A DNA stretch of 32,188 nt. It comes from Stramenopiles sp. TOSAG23-3. Lineage: Eukaryota. A model generated the notes under the pieces. The model did no database searches, had not been told where the DNA came from, and saw only the letters and a program-made list of their open reading frames with translations. The DNA lies in assembly GCA_900128585.1 (NCBI GenBank), contig LT642218.1, forward strand, positions 1-32,188. Direction: 5' to 3'. The translations under genes were made by a program, and so were the position numbers. Below, one piece after another: positions 1-10,926 of this stretch (position 1 is its first letter; each line of letters begins with the position of its first letter).

Positions 1-2
1 CG

Positions 3-2321
3 TTCTCAAGAGGAGGTTCTGCCTATGCGACCGCAAACCGTAATTTAAACCTGCGGGTGGCTGACCCCAGGTTGAGCGAAAACATCACCGAAGTAGATAA
101 AGAGCTAATGATTGATGCCATAAGGCAGGTTAAAATCAAACGTTTTATTCGGCAGCACGAAGGTAACTCGTGGAACCATCTGCCTCAATATAATTTTACT
201 ACAGACAAAAGGACACAGTTAGGAATCATGGTAGAAAACGGTGATATTATCTCGTCTTCAGCAATCCATACAACAGACAAGATATTAAAAGATGCTTATG
301 GCAGAGCACAGAAATTAACAGACTTCCACCAAGTGGACATGGAAGAGTTGATGTTGCAGTCGGTGGGTGCCCTCCAAGAACTTATTGAAATAAACAAGAC
401 TTTGGTGACGAAATTTCTGCAGAGAACCACGATATCGTTGCAATATTTAGAACGGCGAGTCAATGAACTTACGGGGTCCGTTGCATACCTTAACACTAGT
501 GTTTTTGAAGAAACCAAGAAAGCGCGGGAAGATGTGGTTCGGCTTGCAGAAGTTGAGGAGAGGCTGGTATTTGCGCGTATAGAAGAACAGCGCAATCGCA
601 GTACCGAAGGGAGGAAGCTCGCAGACCATTCTCACACACTTGCATTAGTGCTGGAACAAGAAAAGGATCAAAACGAGAACGAGCGCCTTGACAAAGCGCA
701 CAAACTTAACATTCGCGTTGTCTACGAAAAAGAGAAAGCGCGTAGGGAAACAGAGTTAGAAATAGAACGAATAAGAAACTTGACCCGGGTCCAAGCCGCA
801 AAAGAAGCAGAAGTTATCGCAGCGGAAGCTAGAATCCGACAAGAACGGTTGAACGAAGACATCAGGTTACGCATGTTGGAAGCCCAGGGGAAGATGGACC
901 AGAAACGTTGGACGGCCGCCATTATGACAGTGTCGAAGGTAGCAGGGGACGCGTTTTACGGTTTTCTAGGGAACGCGGCTAGCGTGCGAACAGCAGTACT
1001 GATAGTAGTTGCCATTATTGCAGGAATATATTTCTCTCGCGAGGGCTCCAAATTGGCAATAGAGAAGGTGAGAGAGTGGCTTCACAAGAAGCCTAGCTTG
1101 GTTCGTGAAACAAGTTATTTAAGCATGTGGGCGGTTGCGATGAAACGCACTAGGTCTTACTTTGCCGGCACCGTACCATTAATGGATGGAATAATTTTAA
1201 ACGAAGCATTGGATTTTCGTTTGCGATCGTTAGCATCAAGTCTTGCAAACACGAAGAAACACGGCGCTCCCTTGCGTCACATACTTTTTCACGGACCTCC
1301 AGGGACAGGGAAAACAATGGTAGCTCGGCACATCGCAGAGCGATCTGGGCTGGATTACGCAATCATGAGTGGGGGCGACGTTGCGCCGTTAAAGCAGGAG
1401 GCAGTCACAGAAATCCATAAACTTATGAAATGGTCAAACAACAGTAGCCGGGGATTGATGTTATTCATCGACGAAGCAGAAGCTTTTGTTGGGACGCGGT
1501 CCAGGGCCGTGAGCAGCGAGCACCTCCGGAATGCACTGAACGCACTCCTGTTCCATACTGGTACACAATCTGCAAATTTTATGATGGTGCTAGCAACAAA
1601 TAGACCGCAAGATTTAGACCCAGCGATAATTGATAGGGTTGATGACGCAATGGGTTTCGGCCTCCCATCACTTCGGGAAAGAGAAATGTTATGCGCACTC
1701 TACTTCAAGAAATATGTAAACCCAACGTTAATGACGCAGGAGGAAGCCGAAGCCGCCGCTGCTGCTGCCTCCGACGCAGCCACCGAAGCCCCGGCTACGT
1801 CGGTTGAAGAGGATACCGCTCCCGACGAAGGTCCGTCGACACGGACTCGAAGAGGCCGGGGAAGGAAGAAAAAAACCACGCCAAAGAAGAAGACAACTCC
1901 AAAACGCAGGACGACATCCAGACGGAGGCGCGGCCGTTCAAAATCGAAGCCTGTAGAGGCACCAGCCGTTGCAAACACGTCTGATATGGCTTGGGCTGAA
2001 GTTGCAAATACAAACTCCGTGGCCGCCACAGAGTCGAAGTCGTGGCGAGATGTATTGTACGATGTCGTTCACCGCTGCTTTGGGAAGCGTACTGACATCA
2101 AGACCAGTGGTATCTACGTTGAAACTATCAAAGAGTTGGCGGGAAGGCTGGAGGGGTTTTCTGGTCGTGAAATAGCAAAATTTATGATTAGTGTGCAAGC
2201 GCTTGCGTACGCCCAGCAGGACGCCACCATCACTGCGAGTGTCTTGACATTATTGACGGACGCCAAACTGCAGGAGCATGAGCTGAAAGAAAAAGCTCGG
2301 GAAAACAGTGACCAGTACTAG
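3..2321 (+). CDS. ATAD3: ATAD3-family mitochondrial AAA+ ATPase, 5'-truncated by the window edge
   Basis: The frame is open from position 3 (FSRGGSAY...), so the GTG at 57 is not a proven start. Coiled-coil N-half, a hydrophobic segment followed by KPSLVRETS, Walker A GPPGTGKT, ATAD3-typical DYAIMSGGDVAPL, Walker B LFIDEAEAF, ATNRPQDLD, and C-terminal GFSGREIAKF. Stop TAG at 2319-2321. Confidence 0.9.
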   Translation, partial: FSRGGSAYATANRNLNLRVADPRLSENITEVDKELMIDAIRQVKIKRFIRQHEGNSWNHLPQYNFTTDKRTQLGIMVENGDIISSSAIHTTDKILKDAYGRAQKLTDFHQVDMEELMLQSVGALQELIEINKTLVTKFLQRTTISLQYLERRVNELTGSVAYLNTSVFEETKKAREDVVRLAEVEERLVFARIEEQRNRSTEGRKLADHSHTLALVLEQEKDQNENERLDKAHKLNIRVVYEKEKARRETELEIERIRNLTRVQAAKEAEVIAAEARIRQERLNEDIRLRMLEAQGKMDQKRWTAAIMTVSKVAGDAFYGFLGNAASVRTAVLIVVAIIAGIYFSREGSKLAIEKVREWLHKKPSLVRETSYLSMWAVAMKRTRSYFAGTVPLMDGIILNEALDFRLRSLASSLANTKKHGAPLRHILFHGPPGTGKTMVARHIAERSGLDYAIMSGGDVAPLKQEAVTEIHKLMKWSNNSSRGLMLFIDEAEAFVGTRSRAVSSEHLRNALNALLFHTGTQSANFMMVLATNRPQDLDPAIIDRVDDAMGFGLPSLREREMLCALYFKKYVNPTLMTQEEAEAAAAAASDAATEAPATSVEEDTAPDEGPSTRTRRGRGRKKKTTPKKKTTPKRRTTSRRRRGRSKSKPVEAPAVANTSDMAWAEVANTNSVAATESKSWRDVLYDVVHRCFGKRTDIKTSGIYVETIKELAGRLEGFSGREIAKFMISVQALAYAQQDATITASVLTLLTDAKLQEHELKEKARENSDQY

Positions 2322-2432
2322 AGAATTCATTGCGTTTATTTGTAATACGTTAAGATTTACGAACACCAGAGGTTACATTTTTAATTAATCAGCCCCCTAC
2401 CCCCTGGTTGAAAGGCCCGTAAGCTGAATGGG

Positions 2433-3809
2433 TCACATTTTGCTCCTCACTGGTGCGAGCAGGGTCCGTGACAGCACAAACGACACGTAGTCACCAAATG
2501 CCCAAACCGCTTTGCCGACAAAGTTTCCTTCCATTTGCATTATCTTTGTTTTCTCCAAGATCCATTTTACTCCCGCAGCCACTTTTCCATTCAATACAAG
2601 CTTGTTAAACCCGAGGGACCCGTCATATCGCCCAAGACTAATTACGTAAACTAGTGGGGAGACAGAAGCACCGACAGCAGCATCTGGGTACTTCAACAAT
2701 GTCTCTACCTTGGCCACCATTCGTAAGACATTCTCCGCCGCTAATTTCCCATTCAGCTCTGCGTAATAAGCTTGTTTAATTTCCTTCGCGGGATGAACCA
2801 TTGCGTCACCAACAGCAAAACAGTTTGGGTTATCACCGACGATCTGAAGGTAGTCGTTCACCTGTATCGCTCCTCGTTTGTCTAAACTCGCTGCCATGTC
2901 CCCCTGCGCCATCGCTCTAGTATTGCATTTCATTCCAAAACATACGAACACAACATCGGCTTCAATTCGCCGCCCTCCTTTTGTAGTACACCCCGTCTTG
3001 TCGATAACACCCAACATTTCTCCTAATACAAGTTCTGCACCACGATTATGAAACCAATCTTCTGTGTGAGCAATCGAAGATTTTGGGAACAAGGGAACCA
3101 AGTGGTCCTGCGCGTCAACAATTGTGATTTTCTTCCCTGGATAGTGGCAAATAACTTCCGCGGCAAGCTCTGTGCCAACTGCGCCACCCCCCAGCACTAG
3201 AACAGATTGGGCTTTTCTAATTTTCTTACTTTGTGCAACCCAGCTAGATTTACGAGCCACCACGTCATTCTCGCTATCGTCTGGTGTAATTGATGATCCA
3301 TAATTTGCACCAGTTGCCACAATTAAATAGTCAAAAAATATTCGAGAGACTGGACCGCCCCCAGCCTTTTGCACCCCAACACTATCCTTGTTTATCTCTA
3401 CTGCTTTTGCCTGGATAAACTTGTGAGGCGCAGCCAACTGAGGCATCGGGCGGGCAACGGATTCATGAAGTTCTGGATCGCAGAACAAACGCAGTATACC
3501 AGGAATATATTCAAAATAGGATCTTTGGTCAACCAATATTATACGTATCCCAGGTTTGCCCTTCAATTCGTTGAGGGCGGACAGACCCCCAAAAGAACCC
3601 CCTATAATTAGGACGGTTTTCAAGTTTATATCCATCGCGAAGGCAGAGAAAGAGTGCTCAAACCAGTTCGAATTGCTTGTTTTCAGCCTTTCAAAGTGGC
3701 CGTGCGTTTTTTTTCCAGCGAGTAGCGCTCCCAATCGTCCGTGTACAAGTCTTTGTAGCAAATGTAGGGAACGAAGACCAAATGGCTGAGTACCAGCCAA
3801 CTTGATCAT
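2433..3809 (-). CDS. FAD/NAD(P)H-dependent oxidoreductase, AIFM2/AMID/FSP1-like
   Basis: Rossmann motifs VLIIGGSFGG and VLVLGGGAVGTELAAE, plus DYLIVATG and FAVGD. The start is either ATG 3809, giving a basic transit-peptide-like extension, or ATG 3635 (MDINLKTVLIIGG). Confidence 0.85.
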   Translation of the reverse strand: MIKLAGTQPFGLRSLHLLQRLVHGRLGALLAGKKTHGHFERLKTSNSNWFEHSFSAFAMDINLKTVLIIGGSFGGLSALNELKGKPGIRIILVDQRSYFEYIPGILRLFCDPELHESVARPMPQLAAPHKFIQAKAVEINKDSVGVQKAGGGPVSRIFFDYLIVATGANYGSSITPDDSENDVVARKSSWVAQSKKIRKAQSVLVLGGGAVGTELAAEVICHYPGKKITIVDAQDHLVPLFPKSSIAHTEDWFHNRGAELVLGEMLGVIDKTGCTTKGGRRIEADVVFVCFGMKCNTRAMAQGDMAASLDKRGAIQVNDYLQIVGDNPNCFAVGDAMVHPAKEIKQAYYAELNGKLAAENVLRMVAKVETLLKYPDAAVGASVSPLVYVISLGRYDGSLGFNKLVLNGKVAAGVKWILEKTKIMQMEGNFVGKAVWAFGDYVSFVLSRTLLAPVRSKM

Positions 3810-4843
3810 GTAGTTTACAAATTGCTTTGAATATAATGCATTGTATTATAGTAAACTTTACACAAACAATTAAATGGCTTAAAAATGATTTGGTTTGTTC
3901 TTTTTTGTGGTGGTCATCATCATCATCAATCATATTTTTCGTGGTGTTTTTTGTTGTTGTTGTTGTGTTGTTGTTGTTTGTTTTTTTTCATTTTTTTTTA
4001 TTATTCTTTCTCTTCTTTATTCTTCTTCTTCTTCCTCGATCGAAGATGTGTTCTTTCTTCTTCTATTCTTCGCAAAATATATTATCATCAAATGGAGATT
4101 ATATTATATGCTTTGATATATACATATTAAGGTACATCTATAAATATTACATAAACATAATAAATGTATATATCATATATGTACTTAAACATATTCTTGT
4201 GCTCTGTTTATGTTTTACTTACCCAAAGCATGATTGAAAGAAGAGACGTTGTGATCAAAATAATTAATTAGCATTGAAGAGAAATTTCACTTTCTTCTTC
4301 TTCTTTTTCTTGCGATTGGTTCTGTTCTTCAGGTGCTGTTATTATATTATATAGAAAAGAAAGAACGGTTAACTTTTTCACATGAACACAGCATATTAAA
4401 ATTAATTATTATTATTATTAAAAAGTTTCTCTATTTTTAGGAGAGGAAGTGTCATAGTGCTGTGCTTTGTGTTTTTTGTAGTAGTACGGTATAATAATAA
4501 ATAATATTTTAATGATGATATTGAAAACAAGAATTGTAAAGTTACTACAACAGTATTAAAATAATGTAATACTATCTAAATCAATATATATCATCAACAA
4601 CATTATTATAACAACATATTTTCTTTCATTCCAACAACAATTTAATTATATGGTATTCTTCGCTATGAACAACGTAAAAAAATACTACAGTTATTTATCT
4701 ATCAATCAAATTACTCCTCACGCACCCACCAACAAAGCGCTCTAATGACGTCGATAAATGCCATCAAAGACAGAGATCCAATACGAATAAAACCACCCGG
4801 ACTTAGAAGGTGAAGCGCGCAAAATATATTGCTGTTTTTGACA

Positions 4844-5596
4844 ATGCCGGCGCTATTGTCCATTACGTCCATCGCGGCCAAAGGAGTATCTCGAGAGGAC
4901 CCGGAAATAGAAAATCGTGCAAATAGTGCCAACTTAGGCGTTTCCAAAGCCGTCAAAGGAAGCCCTCGCGCTGGATTTAGCAGAAGAGGACGGGCTCATC
5001 GCCCTAGTCCTATAACTACAAAAAATTCACATAGTCGTTTTAGAACACCTTGCTCTCCGTCACCTTCCAGCGTTCGGAACAAAGCATTTCGCGTGCGGCC
5101 TACCCGGCCCTCAACCCCGAGAGAAAATACTAGCCCACGGGTTGTGCGCTTATCCCCATCAAATGGGGAGCCTGGAGCGATTGACAGGCCCGTATACATA
5201 CATAGCCCCCTGGCGTCGCCGGTTACAGAAGAAACCCCACTGGCATCTCCGAAGAGTGTCCATGTATGCTTGGAAGAATACACACTGATCAATAGCCCTT
5301 CATTAGTTCGCCAGACTTTAGATCTCGACTACGACGACTCTGGCGAAGAAGTGGAAAGTGCGACGCCGTTAGTACTAGATATAAATACCGTTGCAAATGA
5401 TTTCAATGCTTTGTTCGGTCAGGTGAGGCAAGTTACAAAAGAGAATATAGATAAATTTCTAGACGACATGATACGATTATCTCCGAGCCCCCAGACATTG
5501 AAATCTGAGCGTGGCGATTTTTTTGGACTGCGAGACCAATTGAGGAGGAACCGAAGATTTATTGACAATAAGAAGATGCGCCGTAAGAAGAAGTGA
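4844..5596 (+). CDS. Hypothetical Ser/Pro/Arg-rich, probably disordered protein
   Basis: Long ORF with coding-like GC content between AT-rich flanks. First ATG at 4844 (the track starts at TTG 4829). Many SP/TP motifs and a basic C-terminus (KKMRRKKK). No family recognised. Confidence 0.6.
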   Translation: MPALLSITSIAAKGVSREDPEIENRANSANLGVSKAVKGSPRAGFSRRGRAHRPSPITTKNSHSRFRTPCSPSPSSVRNKAFRVRPTRPSTPRENTSPRVVRLSPSNGEPGAIDRPVYIHSPLASPVTEETPLASPKSVHVCLEEYTLINSPSLVRQTLDLDYDDSGEEVESATPLVLDINTVANDFNALFGQVRQVTKENIDKFLDDMIRLSPSPQTLKSERGDFFGLRDQLRRNRRFIDNKKMRRKKK

Positions 5597-5894
5597 GAGG
5601 GAGGCAAGGAGGCAAAAGAGTTTGGCTTTTGTTGACTGCGTCTCTAAAAATAATAGCATAATGCACCTTCGTTAATTGATTTTTATTTCAGCATTATATA
5701 AACTGCATTTCTTTTGTTCACAAAATCCCATGCTTGCAAATCTTTGCGCTTCGTTGCATATTTCTACGTTTTGTAAAATTGTTAACTTAAACTTATGAAA
5801 TGATATGCTTACGTATATTACAATCCACACAACAAAATTATACATCACAACCGAGATCCCGAGGGCTCGCATGGATCAGTTGGGTGCGGCCAAC

Positions 5895-7241
5895 CTATGG
5901 CATTTCGTCGCTCATTTCTAAAGGTACAGTGGCTGGAAACGTTTCCTCGTCACTCGAGACGACAGGCTGCGTTGCAACCAGTGCTACTGTTGACTGCGGT
6001 TGCGGGGTAGCCTCTCCACTAAGTTCCTGGGCCTCTCCATCGTCGTCGTCAACAGTCAATAGTACAGTTGCAGGCAAGCTGTCCGGCCCAGCAGCCTGGC
6101 TCCCAGCCGTTGACGGGGAAACCGATTCATTTTCGTCTGCTGCGGTGCCCGTAATGTTTGCCGCGGCCTTGCCAGCCACCACAGTCTCCTCAGGCCCCGT
6201 CGACTTCGCAGGAGAGGCATACGCAGACAAATCAATGTCGGCAAACAAATCATCGTCGTTACCGAACTCGTCGTATTGAGCAGCCATGCTATTCTTTTTC
6301 TCCTGGAGTCTTCTTTCGGCCGCTTCCCTTTTCCTCGCGATTTCTTCTGCCGACGCCAGGGCCTTCTCGTTTTCTGTGACAGTGGCCGATTGCTCTTGCA
6401 GCCGGTCGTAATCGTTGTCACCAACTATGAAATTGTCCTCCTCATCGTCCGCCACCTGCTGAGCGTTCTGAAAATCAGATTCACGCGTTGCCAGCAGATC
6501 CTCCCACGCCAGGTCCAAGTCTTTTAGCTCGCCCCTTGCATCAGTTTCGTCTTCTAAGTCGAGGGAGTTCCGAATTCGTAGAAGTATTCGGGCACGCTCC
6601 TTTTCGTGGTGAGCGTATTGCCCAGTCCAGTAACGCATACTCTGCACATGTTCCCTGACCGAAAGCTTTCCTCCTATTTTTTCACACTTGTCGATCACGT
6701 CTTCAAAAGACAAAAAAGGTGCCATGGATTTTGCCCAGCGCCGGTAATTTTGCAAAAGCCTTCGCAGATCGTCGCCCTCTCTACCGGTCCCGCTAAACGT
6801 CTGCTTGCCAGGAAAATCTTTGTCCCCCCTGTCCGTTTTCAGTGTACGACAGAACGCGGGCGCAAGGGCCTCTAGGCCTTCGCGGCCAGTGAGCCTGTCT
6901 TCGTCAAGCTTAGGGCGCTTTCTCTTCTTTTTCAATGGTTTCGGGACATTCTCTTGCTCTGTCGAATTTTCACCGGTGACCGCCACCGCGTCCGGAAGGC
7001 CATCGCCTAGTTTGTCGGTATTCTGATTTTCATATGGCTTGTCTACATCAGGCGCCGGTTCACTGCCAGCAGCATTGGCTGCGTGTTGCGCATTGTATTC
7101 CTCCCCTTCACTATCGAACCCTAAGTCGATCATTCCGTCATCTGGAAGTCTCGCAGCAGATAATGTTGCCATCCTGTTGCGATATAATAGTCCACGATCA
7201 AATAATTTCGCTTGATCGTCTTCCGTATAAATTCTTGACAT
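5895..7241 (-). CDS. TIPIN: Replication fork protection protein, Swi3/Csm3/TIPIN family
   Basis: Swi3-domain signature RKRPKLDEDRLTGREGL...GREGDDLRRLLQNYRRWAKSMAPFLSFEDVIDKCEKIG, with acidic disordered flanks. Confidence 0.85.
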   Translation of the reverse strand: MSRIYTEDDQAKLFDRGLLYRNRMATLSAARLPDDGMIDLGFDSEGEEYNAQHAANAAGSEPAPDVDKPYENQNTDKLGDGLPDAVAVTGENSTEQENVPKPLKKKRKRPKLDEDRLTGREGLEALAPAFCRTLKTDRGDKDFPGKQTFSGTGREGDDLRRLLQNYRRWAKSMAPFLSFEDVIDKCEKIGGKLSVREHVQSMRYWTGQYAHHEKERARILLRIRNSLDLEDETDARGELKDLDLAWEDLLATRESDFQNAQQVADDEEDNFIVGDNDYDRLQEQSATVTENEKALASAEEIARKREAAERRLQEKKNSMAAQYDEFGNDDDLFADIDLSAYASPAKSTGPEETVVAGKAAANITGTAADENESVSPSTAGSQAAGPDSLPATVLLTVDDDDGEAQELSGEATPQPQSTVALVATQPVVSSDEETFPATVPLEMSDEMP

Positions 7242-9180
7242 TAACTTTTGCCAGTTAATCTTTACTCAATCGCTTCCTGTTGAAACTGTTTTACTTGAAC
7301 ATATACGTGGTGCACAAATAACCTGATGATATTCTTTAACAATGGAAGTAGAAAAGACAACAACACAAGGAAGAAAGAAAAAAAAAAGACAACAACAACA
7401 CAAGAAGAGAATCATCACCTATTAAATAAAATGTGAATAGAAAAAGAAGCACCACCACCACCACCACCATATAATACCACCACCACATCTATCATTCATT
7501 AATCATATCTATTCTACACTGTAATCATCATCATCCTCCATCGGTGTGGTGTATCTTTCTATATGTGACATAATAATTAAGCTTAAGCTTTCTTCTATTT
7601 ATACAAAGTAAGGAATTATATTCATTCCACCACTTCGAAATGAATACATATCAATTAATCATACTATGACAACATAAATAATAATGTAAAGTTCAAAAAA
7701 TAAATAAATGAGGAAAATAATTTATTAAATTAAGGTAGGGAATAAGAAGAGTGTTTTATTTTATAGAAGTAAGTATAGCATGGCATTGCGCCTTTTGATT
7801 TTATTATTGTTTTTTTTTTTGCTATTAGAAGGGGTTAATAATGAAGGAGATATTAAACAGGAGATACCATCGTTTCAATCGTTTGGCGGGAATTTTAAGA
7901 AAAGAAGAAATGAATAAGCAAATTATACGAATAATACCTATAAGATATTATTTTATATAATTAGAACAGGGTCTTATATTAGCTATGTACTTATATGTAA
8001 ATTAGTACATTTAGTTAGTATATAAATTGAATCACAACAATATTCCATTTCTACCCGATACAACCGATAAGAAACAAAGTAAGGAAAGGTGTCCGTCCTC
8101 TAAATAGAAATTGTAATGTTAATTACTCTCTAATACTTCACTTGATATCATTATTGGATTTATATGCATAATTAGTATGGTACGTACATTACCTTAACAA
8201 TAATATTTGGATATTCCACTTCGACCCTTCATATTAGAATTGGTTCCTATCTATCTATCTACAAAATAATAGTAGTAAACTATCATCTACAGTATGGTCT
8301 CTCTTCCTTTCGATTCAAATCGTTTAACCGAAGGATGAAGAAGTTTTTCATTTCAAAAACCGAACAATGAATTAGATAGCAATAGCACAGAAACCGGAGG
8401 ATGAATTTCCTTCTTTCATTTTTTTTTTTTAAATGTTTCACAGAGAAAGAATTTTATTTTTTAAATAAACTACAACACAAAGAAGACAAGCCAACGCATA
8501 GAAATATTACATAAGACAGCATTGCCGTTCCCATTTTAATAATTTGAAGATAGATGCTTCAAATACGTTCTATCAACCTTTTATCAAAATATTAATATAG
8601 AATTACAAGGGAGTGATCATTTCGTACAATGCTCTGATTCTATTATTTTGAACTTTACTTTTCTTTCCTTTGCTATTATTATCTTGTAATATTTATTCTC
8701 TATCATTCCAAATCTATCGAGTTAAAAGACTCCCTCCCTGTCTTCCTTGTAATTTTCATTGTTCAATTGTATTCTTTGTTTTGTTTTGTTTATATATTTA
8801 ATTAAATTTCTTCTACGTAATTATTTTTTTTAAATAATAAAAATTAAAAAAAAAGCTGAAGCATCATCATTCTTCATCTGATATTAAAATGAACAAATAC
8901 ATGGGAATAGAGGGAAGAAAACAATAACAAACAGGACGAAAAAATAAATAATTGTTGTTGATCATCATCATCACATTGCACGTAGAAGAACAATTGGAAA
9001 AATAGTAACAAGTATACTACTCGTTCATTGTTTTACTATTGACGATTCTGAATAAAATTTTATCACCCAAACTCACTCGAAGAAACTACAAATGATACAC
9101 CTTTCAACACGAAAAGGAATTAACCAGCGAGTACGAATTTTGTGAACTATACCTGACTTTAAAGATCTGTATTGGAAAAG

Positions 9181-10926
9181 ATGGAAGTTGCCTTTTTGTA
9201 TACCCCCGAGCGCAAAGAGTTTGGTCACCAATGCAACTTTGACGACAATATTCCCCGTGTGATGGAAGCTATTCCGAGCACATCCGTCTACGACGAGGAG
9301 TACCTGCCAAAGAATCCTAGCATTTTGGAAGTTGATACGACACCAAACTATTCTATTAATACGTGCAACACCCAGCGCTTTGTTCAGAAGTCCAAGGGTA
9401 TGACGCACAGCGAGGGTGGCTGGCCTAAAGACGTCGACTACACCGAGCAAAACGATACCTTGCGTTACCGGCGTAAAACGGAGAAGGACGACGACTACAA
9501 GAACACGGTGAAGATGTTGGGTCCAGTTGTCGACCGATGTGTCAGGCAAAACAACACGATCGACATATATGAAGAATATTTTGCCGGGACTGTCGTTGAC
9601 CATAGTAGCGAGCCCCCCAGTGCCAAGGGTCTCGCTGTCTTCCGTGACCCGAACACTATTAAACGCACGGCAACTAGTGTCAACTGGCATCCCGATGGAT
9701 CGAAGATTGCAGTTTCATACAGTATTTTGAACTTTCAGGACCCTCGATTCAGTAGCGAACGAATGCCGATTAAAAGTTACATTTGGGACATTCTCAATCC
9801 GAACACGCCAGAACAAGAGTTGCAGCCGGCCAGTCCACTGTGCTGCCTGCGGTTCAATCCCAAAACGCCGGAAACATTGGTAGGTGGGAGTTACAACGGG
9901 TTGATTAGTTTTTACGACCTTCGTAAATCTGGCGCGGCACCGTACGAAACATCTGTCATAGAGAATAGTCATCACGATCCGGTTTATGACGTATTCTGGA
10001 TTAGTAACAAAACGGGCAATCTGTGTGCATCCGTAAGTACCGATGGCCAAATGTTATGGTGGGACACCCGTCGACTGGGCGAGCCGACCGAAAAGTTGCA
10101 GTTGAAAACGCCCGCTGGCACTGTCCTGGGCGGTTCGTCCATGGCGTACAACACCGAAGCTGGGCCCACGAAATATCTCGTCGGAACGGAACAGGGTATT
10201 GTCCTGTCCGTGAACACGCGTAACCAGAAGCAGAACAACGGCATCGTCGTCTACGACGAAGGGCCAGGGAAGCATCATGGCCCGATTTACGGAATTGAGC
10301 GCAACCCGGTCCATACCAAGTTCTTCTTGACCATTGGAGACTGGACAGCGCGCGTGTGGGTCGAGGACCTCAAGACACCCATAATGACCACCAAGTATCA
10401 CGCCTCCTACTTGACTGCAGGGTGCTGGAGTCCGACCCGCTGTGGTGTATTCTACTGCACCCGTATGGACGGTGTTGTGGATATTTGGGACTTCTTCTAC
10501 TCACAAAACGAAGTTGCCTACAGCCATAAGGTTGGAGACGCGGCCTTGTCGTCCGTCTCCGTGCAAGGAACGCCCCAAAGTGGAGGGCGCCTCGTCGCTG
10601 TCGGGGATGTTAACGGTACCGTGTCCTTGCTGGAAGTGTGTGATAGCCTAGCCGTTCCCCAGTCGAACGAAAAGGCGGCGATTGGCGGAATGTTAGACAG
10701 AGAGCAAAAGCGAGAGAAAAACCTTGAGTCGCGTGCAAAAGAAATTGCACGAAGAAATGACACGTTGAAACGCGAAAAGGAGCGCGAGGCGCAAGAAAAG
10801 AAAGATGGAAAGGATGATAAAATGGAGGAAATCCTTCGCAAAGTGGACGCCGAGTTTTTGGCCATGATTAAAAAGGTTGAGGACCAAGAGAGCTCGAAAG
10901 AGGAGAAAGGCGGCGCCTCATCGTAA
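9181..10926 (+). CDS. DNAI2: Axonemal outer-arm dynein intermediate chain (DNAI2/IC2/ODA6-like), WD40
   Basis: ATG 9181 gives the family-typical start MEVAFLYTPERKEFGHQCNF. Motifs GMTHSEGGWPKDVD, QNNTIDIYEEYF, WWDTRRL, HHGPIY, FLTIGDWTARVW, WSPTR, and a C-terminal coiled coil. Confidence 0.92.
   Translation: MEVAFLYTPERKEFGHQCNFDDNIPRVMEAIPSTSVYDEEYLPKNPSILEVDTTPNYSINTCNTQRFVQKSKGMTHSEGGWPKDVDYTEQNDTLRYRRKTEKDDDYKNTVKMLGPVVDRCVRQNNTIDIYEEYFAGTVVDHSSEPPSAKGLAVFRDPNTIKRTATSVNWHPDGSKIAVSYSILNFQDPRFSSERMPIKSYIWDILNPNTPEQELQPASPLCCLRFNPKTPETLVGGSYNGLISFYDLRKSGAAPYETSVIENSHHDPVYDVFWISNKTGNLCASVSTDGQMLWWDTRRLGEPTEKLQLKTPAGTVLGGSSMAYNTEAGPTKYLVGTEQGIVLSVNTRNQKQNNGIVVYDEGPGKHHGPIYGIERNPVHTKFFLTIGDWTARVWVEDLKTPIMTTKYHASYLTAGCWSPTRCGVFYCTRMDGVVDIWDFFYSQNEVAYSHKVGDAALSSVSVQGTPQSGGRLVAVGDVNGTVSLLEVCDSLAVPQSNEKAAIGGMLDREQKREKNLESRAKEIARRNDTLKREKEREAQEKKDGKDDKMEEILRKVDAEFLAMIKKVEDQESSKEEKGGASS

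Noticed and set aside
3827-4237. 136-aa hydrophobic ORF and overlapping Cys/Phe-rich ORFs
   Set aside because: Products of TTG/TTC/CAT simple repeats in an AT-rich upstream region; no coding-like composition.
7323-7354. Hammerhead-like CTGATGA...GAAA
   Set aside because: Stem II is weak and lacks the R-Y closing pair, and no partners for stems I and III were found.
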